Part shown: positions 1 to 7,618 of the stretch, one piece after another | Layout: each line of letters starts with the position of its first letter | Position numbering within the stretch: position 1 is the stretch's first letter | From: Candidatus Hydrogenedentota bacterium | Lineage (GTDB): Bacteria; Hydrogenedentota; Hydrogenedentia; Hydrogenedentales; SLHB01 | NCBI GenBank assembly: GCA_034408725.1 | Contig: JAWXCN010000226.1 | Span: 1 to 10,900, forward strand | Direction: 5' to 3' | Length of the DNA: 10,900 nucleotides | Notes under the pieces: model-generated | Databases searched by the model: none | Told to the model about the DNA's origin: nothing | The model's input: the letters and a program-made list of their open reading frames with translations, nothing else | Made by a program: the position numbers and the translations under genes

Positions 1-3000
1 CGCATCCGTTTGCAGGACGAGGTTACTGCGCGAGTCGTATGCGAACTTCACCGTGTTGAACAAGCCGCCGGAGTCAGTGCTGTACCGTTCCTTGTGCTCG
101 GCCAACCGGTCCAGCCGGTCGTACACGTACTGCGTCAGGAACTGCTGGTCGGCGCCGCCGGTGTCATCTTCTTCGTTTGTGGCCACCTGCGTGACGTTCG
201 AGTTCCCGTCATGGCTGTACGAAACCACGTTCCCCCTCGGATCGGTGACCGACGCGACGCGCAGCAGCCCGTCGTAGTTGTAAACGGTGTCGTTGCCCTC
301 GAAGTCGACCGTCTTCACGTCCGACGCGTCCGTGTACGTCATCGACGTGGTGACCACGCCGTCGCCCGTGGCCACGCCGTTTACCGTCCCCAAGATGACC
401 GAGCCGGTCGCGTTGCGCAGCGAGCGTGCAATAACCGTGTTCCGCCCGGAAAGGTCGAAGGTGTAATCCACTTCAGACAACAACGTGGAACCGCCCTGAA
501 GCACTTTGGCTTCCACGACGTGGCCCGCGCCGTCATACGCGTAATCCGTCACGTGGCCAAGCGGGTCGGTCGTAGTGTCCAGCCTGTCGATTAAGTCGTA
601 CGTATAAATCGTCACGCGCCGGTTCCCGGCGCTTTCCTCCAGCCCCGCAGTCGTCTTCGTGAGGTTGCCGTTCGCGTCATAATCCAATTGCGTGGTGACG
701 GCTTTGGAATCACCGCTGCCACGCACTACCCGATACACCAGGTCGCGCTCATCGTAAATAAACGCTTCGGTGTTCGCCGGTTCGGCGCTTGCAACCGCGA
801 GCGGCGAGAGCACTTTCAACAGCAACCCGTTGCGCGTATACGTCGTCTGTGACGTGACATTGGCCGATGCATCGACCTCCGACACCGTCTGCGTCTGGCG
901 GTTGAGCGTGTCGTAGGTGAACGTGGTCTCGACAACCCCGTTGGCATACGCGGCGCCCGTCTCGTCGAGGTTGGAGACCTTCGTGGCCACCACGTTCCCG
1001 TTCGCGTCGTAGATGAAATCGCTGCTGGTACGCGCAATCGTGCCGCTCGGCTGCGCCGAGTCCCGGCGGATCAACTCGTCGTTCGCGTTGTAGGTAAAGA
1101 GCGTTTTCCATTCGGTCTGTGGCGTGCCGCCGCTGTGACCGTTCGGGGGCGTCACCTCGGCCACGCGCCCCGCCGCGTTGTAGGCAAAACTGGACTTCAG
1201 GCCAAGCCCGCTGGAATCTGCCGTGATGGACTCAAGATAACCGGTCTGCGGACCCGAAGCGTAATACGCCATCACGTCCGTTCGGGTGTAAGAACTCCCG
1301 TTGTCCGGAAACACGTGCTCGGTCATCTGCCCTTGCGCGTTGTACTCGAAGGTCTCGTGGAACGTGGTTGGGAAACCGGACAACGCGCCATAGGAAACGC
1401 CGATGCGGTCACCGGCCGAATCAATGTCAAAAGCGATGTCGTAGTCCGCGTTGCCCCCATCGTCTTTTAGCGTGTGGCGGGTCACAAACTGTTCGCCGCA
1501 TCGGCAGTCATGAAACGTCGCATCATGCGTAAGATCGGCCGTAAGTTCCGCTGTGCCGCCCGCACCCTCGAATTCTTCGATTTTTGTCACGTTTGCAATG
1601 CGCTTTCGCGTGGTGTCATACGTGAAAACCGCGCGATTGCCTTTGGGCTCCGTGCGTTCCGTTAACAGATCGTGTACGTTCCACTCGAACAACGTCTCGT
1701 AATGATCGGGATCGGCTGATCGCAGTTTGTTTGTGGGGCGATTCGCCGTTTCTGTCGTGACAAGAGATGCGATTGCGCGGCCCGTATACTCCCGCGTTCG
1801 TTCCAATTGATTGCTGGCATTGAAGAAGAACTCGGTGACATTTCCTTCACCATCATTGACGATCGTTTTCTGAGTTTCGCCGGAGAGCAGGCCGGTCGGG
1901 CTCGTGGGATAGTCAAACTTCACAATGGCGTCGGTCGCGCCGTCGCTGCCCCAGACCTGTTTTACGACGCGATCATTCGAGTCGTAGGTGTTCGTGAGGA
2001 TAGTGTTGTTCCGCCCATCCTTGATGGTAAGAAGATTGCCCTGCAAAGACGGGGTGACGGATGTATCGTATGTGTAGGTCAAGCTCCGGCCCGACGGAAA
2101 GTCGTTGTTCGTCACCGTCCCCGTAATCGCCGGATACGTTACTGATTCCAGATCGCCCGCATTCCCGTCCGGGTTGCTTGCGCCGTAATACGTATACGAC
2201 ACGACTCGCCCGAGGCCGTTGGATTCGGTGAAGGAGTCTATGAGGTCGTCCGCGCCATACCCAATCTGATATTCGCGCCCAAGCGTGTCGGTTATTGTCT
2301 CAAGGCGATCATTGCCGTCATATTCAAAGGTCAGTTCATTGCCATAGCGGTCCATGATGCTAGTGATATTGCCACCGTCCGATTCATCCGGATCAAAATC
2401 CCAGACAGACCCATTTCCGAATATCAAACGTTGATCTTCGAAATCCGATTCGACTAGCTCTGCTTCCCATCCGTCCGCAAAGAAATGAAGTCCTTGCCCA
2501 TCCGAATGACTGAATCGAAATAATTCGGTTCTCCCGTTTCCCATTTTGACTTCGTATGCGAACTGGCTTTGATACACGACGAGTTTCGCGGAGACATTGT
2601 AGGAATGGTCCCAGTTCTGCCCTAGCCGTGCATTTTTCCCATCACGCGAACGAAAACTGCGTGACCAAACGAGGTCCAAGCCCCGGCCTTTTACATGCAG
2701 GTCAACCACCTTTTCATTAACCTCGCCCGAAAAAAGATTTACGGTGTAATTGGAACCACGTGGGGTGATGGTTCGAGCGTTGCCCTGATGAGCCTGCCCC
2801 CAAATCCTTGGCGTTCCGGAAATGGTGTTTGCATCAGGAACAATTCGGCAAGATACTGGAACTGCTTCTGGAACCGGTGAATTGTTGAGAAATAAATCCA
2901 CACTTGTATTGAATTGAATACCAAATAAAATCGATATGCTGTCCTCTGTGACGAACGTTTGACCGTTGGACGTCCGCTCCCACCGATCGACTGATTCAGA

Positions 3001-3261
3001 CGACCCCAATAGGTTAAGGCCAACATTGGTTGCGGGTGTGCTGAATACATACGATATTCGGTCTGTTGTACCGTCAGAATCGTCATCGTGGGATGTAGGG
3101 CCGGAAATTGGGCTTGGACCAGATCGTTGAACGAGTGATGTAGGGTTGAGCTGATCGTTATCCTTGTGGACTCGAATGTTAAGCGCAGCACTCCCTTGCG
3201 CCCAAACAGACGGTGTAAGTAAACACACCGACAATAGCGCTGCACACTGGCGCATAAACAT
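1..3261 (-). CDS. RHS/YD-repeat protein with Sec signal peptide and DUF6531-like domain; 3' end runs off the window (at least 1087 codons from 3261, or 1085 from the alternative ATG at 3255)
   Basis: Not in the ORF track; I read the frame by hand and found no stop from ATG 3261 to base 1. N-terminus MFMRQCAALLSVCLLTPSVWA|QG is signal-peptide-like. DUF6531-like segment TVNLFSGE..VVDLHVKGRGLDLVWSRSFRS..LGQNWDHSYN at about 2596-2745. Many YD repeats follow (ITSIMDRYGNELTFEYDGNDRLETITDTLGR; FIYDANGNVV; YDLIDRLDTTTDPLGHVTDYAYDGAGH; YVYDRLDRL; FAYDSRSNLVLQTDA). SD-like AGGGGAG/GAGAGG upstream. Confidence 0.95.
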   Translation of the reverse strand, partial: MFMRQCAALLSVCLLTPSVWAQGSAALNIRVHKDNDQLNPTSLVQRSGPSPISGPTSHDDDSDGTTDRISYVFSTPATNVGLNLLGSSESVDRWERTSNGQTFVTEDSISILFGIQFNTSVDLFLNNSPVPEAVPVSCRIVPDANTISGTPRIWGQAHQGNARTITPRGSNYTVNLFSGEVNEKVVDLHVKGRGLDLVWSRSFRSRDGKNARLGQNWDHSYNVSAKLVVYQSQFAYEVKMGNGRTELFRFSHSDGQGLHFFADGWEAELVESDFEDQRLIFGNGSVWDFDPDESDGGNITSIMDRYGNELTFEYDGNDRLETITDTLGREYQIGYGADDLIDSFTESNGLGRVVSYTYYGASNPDGNAGDLESVTYPAITGTVTNNDFPSGRSLTYTYDTSVTPSLQGNLLTIKDGRNNTILTNTYDSNDRVVKQVWGSDGATDAIVKFDYPTSPTGLLSGETQKTIVNDGEGNVTEFFFNASNQLERTREYTGRAIASLVTTETANRPTNKLRSADPDHYETLFEWNVHDLLTERTEPKGNRAVFTYDTTRKRIANVTKIEEFEGAGGTAELTADLTHDATFHDCRCGEQFVTRHTLKDDGGNADYDIAFDIDSAGDRIGVSYGALSGFPTTFHETFEYNAQGQMTEHVFPDNGSSYTRTDVMAYYASGPQTGYLESITADSSGLGLKSSFAYNAAGRVAEVTPPNGHSGGTPQTEWKTLFTYNANDELIRRDSAQPSGTIARTSSDFIYDANGNVVATKVSNLDETGAAYANGVVETTFTYDTLNRQTQTVSEVDASANVTSQTTYTRNGLLLKVLSPLAVASAEPANTEAFIYDERDLVYRVVRGSGDSKAVTTQLDYDANGNLTKTTAGLEESAGNRRVTIYTYDLIDRLDTTTDPLGHVTDYAYDGAGHVVEAKVLQGGSTLLSEVDYTFDLSGRNTVIARSLRNATGSVILGTVNGVATGDGVVTTSMTYTDASDVKTVDFEGNDTVYNYDGLLRVASVTDPRGNVVSYSHDGNSNVTQVATNEEDDTGGADQQFLTQYVYDRLDRLAEHKERYSTDSGGLFNTVKFAYDSRSNLVLQTDA

Positions 3262-3278
3262 CCTCTCAGTCACTCCCC

Positions 3279-4670
3279 TCATGGCGTTGCGAGCACCGGA
3301 TCGCTCAAGGTAATTGCATGTGCGAAAATGCCTGCCCCGCGTGACGCCGCCGTCTGTGTCGTTTCGTCGCCTGTATCGGTCCGCACGAGCAGGTAGTACG
3401 CGCCGGGCGATACGTCGGGAATGGTGATTTCAACACTGGCCATGTACGTGCCGCTACCGGAGACCGGGCCGGTGACTGTTGTTCCCGTGGCGTTGAGGCC
3501 TTTGTCGTCGCCGCCAATCGCCGAGTCGCGCGACAAGAACACGTTGTCTGTCCAGTTTCCGTCCCCGCTGGACGCCGCATTCCCGCTGCTGTTGGTGACG
3601 TTCCAATGGATTGTAAATGTGTCACCGGCAACCGCCTGGGTCGGCAGCGGCGCTCCGCCTGTAAGTGTCGCCGAGGTTATTTCGAGGCTGGCTGGAAACT
3701 CCACGAAGACGGCGGTGACAGCCTTATCCGAATCCATCATTAGGGACGCTGGATTATCAAATCCTGTCAGGTCGCCAAGCCAGTGCGAGTACGCCCAGTT
3801 GGTAACAGGAGTAGGCGTGAGAACTGCCGTCGCGCCAGCCGCATACGCCCCCGCACCGGATACCGTGCCCGATCCGGTGGTAGAAATCGTGACGACAAAA
3901 CCTGTTGTAACGCCAACCCTTGCCCTGCCGTTCGGCGCTTCAATTCGCAGGGGCGTGGCCGGATCGATACGAATGATTTCTGGTGAGAAACCCGGTTGAA
4001 TCTTGATCGTGCTCGGTTCTGCGATAGAACCAAGCGTTTCTCCCACGACCACTCCTTCAGCAAGGGTGTTAAACGGGTTCGTGATAGTTCCGAGTTCAAC
4101 CCCGATGTAGTCGAAATCCACCCAGATAATCGCAGGCGTTTTTGCGGCTGATTCAGCTTCAAGCGGCCCGTTTATTCCGCCAATGCCGCGACCTGTGCCG
4201 CTGTTCATATTGCCGCGGCCGGCGTTGCTTCCATGCTGATTTTTATTCGATTTGCTGTTGTCGTCGCTTTCCGCCGCATCACCCCTATGGACTACAGCTC
4301 GAATAATGGAATCGCCAAAAAACGTATACGTCACGCGCGCTTCGGCGGCGGTGAATGCGCCTTCCCATCTCCTGAACGCGAACCCAGTATCCGGAATGAG
4401 CGTCAGGGTGACATCCTCGCCTTCCGCTACGGTTGCGTGTTGGCCAGGTCGCAGCACAACGTCGTTGGCGCTGGAGCGCGAAATGCGGAGCCGGGCGCCC
4501 GCCGGACCACCTTCGATATTCACCGCTTCAAAGGTGAGGATCACTTCATCGCGGTCAGCCCAGCCGGGAACGACGATTCCGAACCCAAGTCCCACGAGAA
4601 GTCCGATTCCCAGCAGAAAGCCGATCTGGGCGCCGCTCGGCCGGATCAAAGGTTGGCAGAGCTTGATCAT
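3279..4670 (-). CDS. Exported multidomain surface protein: signal peptide, divergent InlB B-repeat (Flg_new-like) x2, low-complexity linker, DUF1565-like module, C-terminal CARDB-like Ig fold (463 aa)
   Basis: Hydrophobic N-terminus ending VPGWA|D. B-repeat patterns GEDVTLTLIPDTGFAFRRWEG and GSGTVSGAGAYAAGATAVLTPTPVTNWAYSHWLGD..SLMMDSDKAVTAVF. WVDFDYIGVELGTITNPFNTLAEG motif. CARDB-like AGDTFTIHWNVTNS..WTDNVFLSRD..IPDVSPGAYYLLVRTD. Start codon overlaps the upstream stop (ATGA, 4667-4670). Confidence 0.85.
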   Translation of the reverse strand: MIKLCQPLIRPSGAQIGFLLGIGLLVGLGFGIVVPGWADRDEVILTFEAVNIEGGPAGARLRISRSSANDVVLRPGQHATVAEGEDVTLTLIPDTGFAFRRWEGAFTAAEARVTYTFFGDSIIRAVVHRGDAAESDDNSKSNKNQHGSNAGRGNMNSGTGRGIGGINGPLEAESAAKTPAIIWVDFDYIGVELGTITNPFNTLAEGVVVGETLGSIAEPSTIKIQPGFSPEIIRIDPATPLRIEAPNGRARVGVTTGFVVTISTTGSGTVSGAGAYAAGATAVLTPTPVTNWAYSHWLGDLTGFDNPASLMMDSDKAVTAVFVEFPASLEITSATLTGGAPLPTQAVAGDTFTIHWNVTNSSGNAASSGDGNWTDNVFLSRDSAIGGDDKGLNATGTTVTGPVSGSGTYMASVEITIPDVSPGAYYLLVRTDTGDETTQTAASRGAGIFAHAITLSDPVLATP

Positions 4671-5842
4671 GGTTGGCTCCGGATCGTCGCTCTTGCCGCG
4701 GCGTGCTCGCGATTCGCTTGTGACATCTGAATCGCGCTCAAATGTTGAATGTGCTCCTCGGCATTTACGGCCAATTGGCTGCCAGGAAAGGCGTCGGCCA
4801 GAATCCCAAAAACCTCAATTGCTTCGATCACCGAGCCATCGCGCACGAGTGACATTCCGAGCGCATTCAGAGTGCCGCAGTCTTTCCCGCGAAAAATATC
4901 GCCAGGCTGTCCAGAAACCAAATGCTGGTATGCGACCAGTGGATTGCCTGCTTCCACTGCCGATTCAATGAATGCGCGGACCAATAACGGGTCGGCGCCA
5001 TCCGGCATCACGGCATCCTTTACGCCGGTTTCAGCGAGTAAATCCGCGCACCATCGTCGAGTAGCATAGTCTGAGTTAAAACCTGCGGCTTCGAGCAGGG
5101 TTTCAGTGAAACCTTGTTGAAGGTTTGGCAAGATGTCTGCGCAAATGGGTGTTTCGGCCAACAGCGCGATGACGTCGTCCGAGCACCCGGAGTATCCGAA
5201 AAACTCATTGAGGTCAGCAGGGGTATGATGCGAACTCCATCGTTCCGCGACGTGAGAGCTGAGAAAGAACAGTGCCGCACTCGACGTCTCATTTAGCGTG
5301 GGCGCCAGCGACATAAGATTGTTTAATGCGGCCGTAACATTAAATTCTTCATTCGGTTGCTTGCGCCGGATGATTGAAATCAATGCCGCGGCCCGCACGA
5401 GATTTTCGGATGACGTGGCTAGTTCTACAAGATCGGCTCGATCATTCTTCTGTTGCCGGTAAGACAGGCGCCTCGGCACTCGTTCTTCGCCATATTCCGA
5501 CCAGAACGCCGCCAGGATCAGCTCGCCGGTAGTTCCATGCTCGACTTTATTCATTGTATTTAGAAACGCCGTCAATTCATCTTCGGAGAGGAGCCGCCCC
5601 ATGACAAACGCCAGCAGATCGATGCGGGGCCAGTATTCATCAAGTTGAGTGATATCTCCGGTGTCGAATAATTCCAATTCCGACAACAGTTGCCCGGCGG
5701 TATCCAGCGGGGCATTCGTATGGAGACGTTCGACGCAGTCCGGTATCGGGATGAGAGAAGGCTGGCTGTCAATTGGAGCCGACATTCCGACAATCAGGCA
5801 CGCAGCAATCGACACTATACGGTAGGCGAATCGAGCCCGCAT
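4667..5842 (-). CDS. Exported alpha-helical repeat protein (HEAT-like segments plus C-terminal TPR), function unknown (391 aa)
   Basis: GGGGAG SD upstream of ATG 5842. Basic/hydrophobic N-terminus MRARFAYRIVSIAACLIVGMSA. HEAT-like LVELATSSENLVRAAALISI and LLEAAGFNSDYATRRWCADLLAE. TPR-like LNALGMSLVRDGSVIEAIEVFGILADAFPGSQLAVNA. Stop overlaps the next start codon. Confidence 0.75.
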   Translation of the reverse strand: MRARFAYRIVSIAACLIVGMSAPIDSQPSLIPIPDCVERLHTNAPLDTAGQLLSELELFDTGDITQLDEYWPRIDLLAFVMGRLLSEDELTAFLNTMNKVEHGTTGELILAAFWSEYGEERVPRRLSYRQQKNDRADLVELATSSENLVRAAALISIIRRKQPNEEFNVTAALNNLMSLAPTLNETSSAALFFLSSHVAERWSSHHTPADLNEFFGYSGCSDDVIALLAETPICADILPNLQQGFTETLLEAAGFNSDYATRRWCADLLAETGVKDAVMPDGADPLLVRAFIESAVEAGNPLVAYQHLVSGQPGDIFRGKDCGTLNALGMSLVRDGSVIEAIEVFGILADAFPGSQLAVNAEEHIQHLSAIQMSQANREHAAARATIRSQP

Positions 5843-6011
5843 CAGTTTCTCCCCGCAGTCCCCGAGTGAACGACTATCAAATATAGACCGGGAACAAAAT
5901 CGTTGAACGAATCACATATATGCAGCCGAAAAAAGTGAACCCCCGAATTAGAAAAAATCTCGACTCAGACAAAATTCACACGCCCCAAAAAGTTCACCGG
6001 ACATCGGAGCG

Positions 6012-6040
6012 ATACTAACGCAGATACCAGTCAAAGGCAA
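6012..6040 (-). promoter_or_regulatory. Candidate sigma70-type promoter for the TPR/CARDB/RHS operon
   Basis: Minus strand TTGCCT-N17-TAGTAT in an AT-rich 339-nt intergenic region, about 170 nt upstream of ATG 5842. Confidence 0.4.
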
Positions 6041-6054
6041 ACAGTTCTTTGCCT
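6035..6054. promoter_or_regulatory. Perfect 7-bp inverted repeat (operator-like, or weak hairpin)
   Basis: AGGCAAA-cagttc-TTTGCCT, with additional flanking CAGT/ACTG. Overlaps the candidate -35. Confidence 0.4.
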
Positions 6055-6181
6055 CACTGCTTTACTCAATTGTCCGGGAACATTTCCCCCGTCATGAAAA
6101 TGCCAATTCAAAGTTCAAATGCACCGGCTGCGGCAAGAAAACTTCGCGTGGAGTGCGGTTTCGTTGGTGAGGATAGTGAAA

Positions 6182-7588
6182 TCAAACGGAGACGACCGCG
6201 TTGGGCAGTGTCCGCTGCATCTGTTCCAAACGATAGCCAAAACCGGAGCCGGTGATTGACGCCAAATCAATGTGTCCATTGATCCGCGTGTAGAGGCCGG
6301 GGTGGACCTTGGCTTCGCAGGCGGATGCTTCGGGATAAAACTGCATGGCGTTGGTTTCGACGCCCATGATGGTGCCCGCATACGCGGCAAGCAGGACATG
6401 TGGAACCTGTGCAAGCATCGGGTTTGTGAGGTCCTGGACCATGAGCGTCATGCCGTGGGCCTTCGCCCAGCACAAACTCAGAAGCGCGCCGGTTTGAGTC
6501 TTGCAGGTCTTCAACGCGACACCGGTCCAGCCCAATTCGCGTCCGAGGCGAACGAGCCGCCAGTCATGCGCCGATTCATCCATGAAGAGTGGTTTACGCG
6601 CCGAGACGCTGTGAACGTCTATTTTATGTTCTTCCAGTTCATAAGGGAACGGCTGCTCCACATACAGAATCATGGCGTAGATGCGCGGGTGATCGTCTAT
6701 GAGTAGATCGAGAATGGCGTTGACATATTTGGGATCAGTGACGGTGCAATTGAAATCGGCCGACAACCAGAGCACGCCGGTTTCAATTGCAATTCTCCCC
6801 ACTCCAACCAACCGCGCACAGTCCCATTCCGAATCGTTGCCGCGCAGTTTCACTTTCAAACAGGTAAGGCCGTCACGCGCGATCCAGTCGCGTAACAGGA
6901 CGGGATAGCCATCGTCGGGTTCGGAACCATCGAGTTCCGATGGATCGATGGGGTCCTTGCCGCCGACAAGATGCCAGGCCGGGAGGCGTTGAACATTTTG
7001 GCGAGTGAAAAAATCTTGGGGGTAGCACTGCGAGAAAGAGGTTGCCGGCGCGTCGCAGATTCGTTGGGCGGGTTCGAGATACGCGCTCAAGCCGGCGTTC
7101 ATGAATTCCGCGTTGTACGTCGCGTAAGTAGGTAAATTGAGGCTGTTACCGTAGGCGTCGTGGACGGCAATGTCGAATGCGGAACAGCAGACCAACGCGG
7201 CAAGCCAGGGCATGGGATTCGTGCGAGCAGCGTTGAAATCCCTGAGCAGAGTGCGCAAGAGCATTTCCTGAAACGCATGTCCGATGGAGATGGGGTGGCC
7301 AAATTCAGGAAACGCTGCCCAAGCCTTTGCGAGTACGGCGCAGAAATCTTTCAACGCGGTATGGCGCTCCTCGTAGGGAATGGCGCCTGGCCACACCCAT
7401 TGAACGCTGAGCGGAGTTTCTCCCCAGCCATCGGCAGTCGTGCCGCGCCGGTTCTCGACGCGAACGCGGACTCGCGCGCAGGTGACGTGGTCGAGTGTCT
7501 CCGCGCCAAATTTCAGGGGCACGCGAGAATGGACCGGCAGAAAATACAGCTCGACCGCGACTACACGAATATCAGTCTCTTTTTTCAT
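6182..7588 (-). CDS. Enolase superfamily (mandelate racemase/muconate lactonizing enzyme-like) protein, 468 aa
   Basis: N-terminal capping domain (PLKFGA..VRVENRRGTTADGWGE..AFDIAVHDAYG). KxK motif LKVKLRG. Metal-ligand motifs ADFN, VEQP and MDES, plus ALKTCK. The start at ATG 7588 (MKKETDI) with GGGAG SD is preferred over 7609. Confidence 0.9.
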   Translation of the reverse strand: MKKETDIRVVAVELYFLPVHSRVPLKFGAETLDHVTCARVRVRVENRRGTTADGWGETPLSVQWVWPGAIPYEERHTALKDFCAVLAKAWAAFPEFGHPISIGHAFQEMLLRTLLRDFNAARTNPMPWLAALVCCSAFDIAVHDAYGNSLNLPTYATYNAEFMNAGLSAYLEPAQRICDAPATSFSQCYPQDFFTRQNVQRLPAWHLVGGKDPIDPSELDGSEPDDGYPVLLRDWIARDGLTCLKVKLRGNDSEWDCARLVGVGRIAIETGVLWLSADFNCTVTDPKYVNAILDLLIDDHPRIYAMILYVEQPFPYELEEHKIDVHSVSARKPLFMDESAHDWRLVRLGRELGWTGVALKTCKTQTGALLSLCWAKAHGMTLMVQDLTNPMLAQVPHVLLAAYAGTIMGVETNAMQFYPEASACEAKVHPGLYTRINGHIDLASITGSGFGYRLEQMQRTLPNAVVSV

Positions 7589-7618
7589 TGAACTCCCGCA
7601 CCTTCCCACTTGGGGCGA

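Noticed and set aside
10-3245. Short ORFs in the supplied track (10..594 +, 749..1111 -, 1135..1470 +, 1807..2145 +, 2739..3245 - and others)
   Set aside because: They are antisense or alternate-frame shadows of the uninterrupted RHS frame and show no recognisable motifs.
6049-6255. 68-aa plus-strand ORF, and an intrinsic terminator after the enolase-like gene
   Set aside because: The ORF has no support; no GC-rich hairpin with a U-tract was found after 6182.
7589-7609. Start at 7609 for the enolase-superfamily gene
   Set aside because: ATG 7588 has a GGGAG SD; the extension simply spans the RBS.
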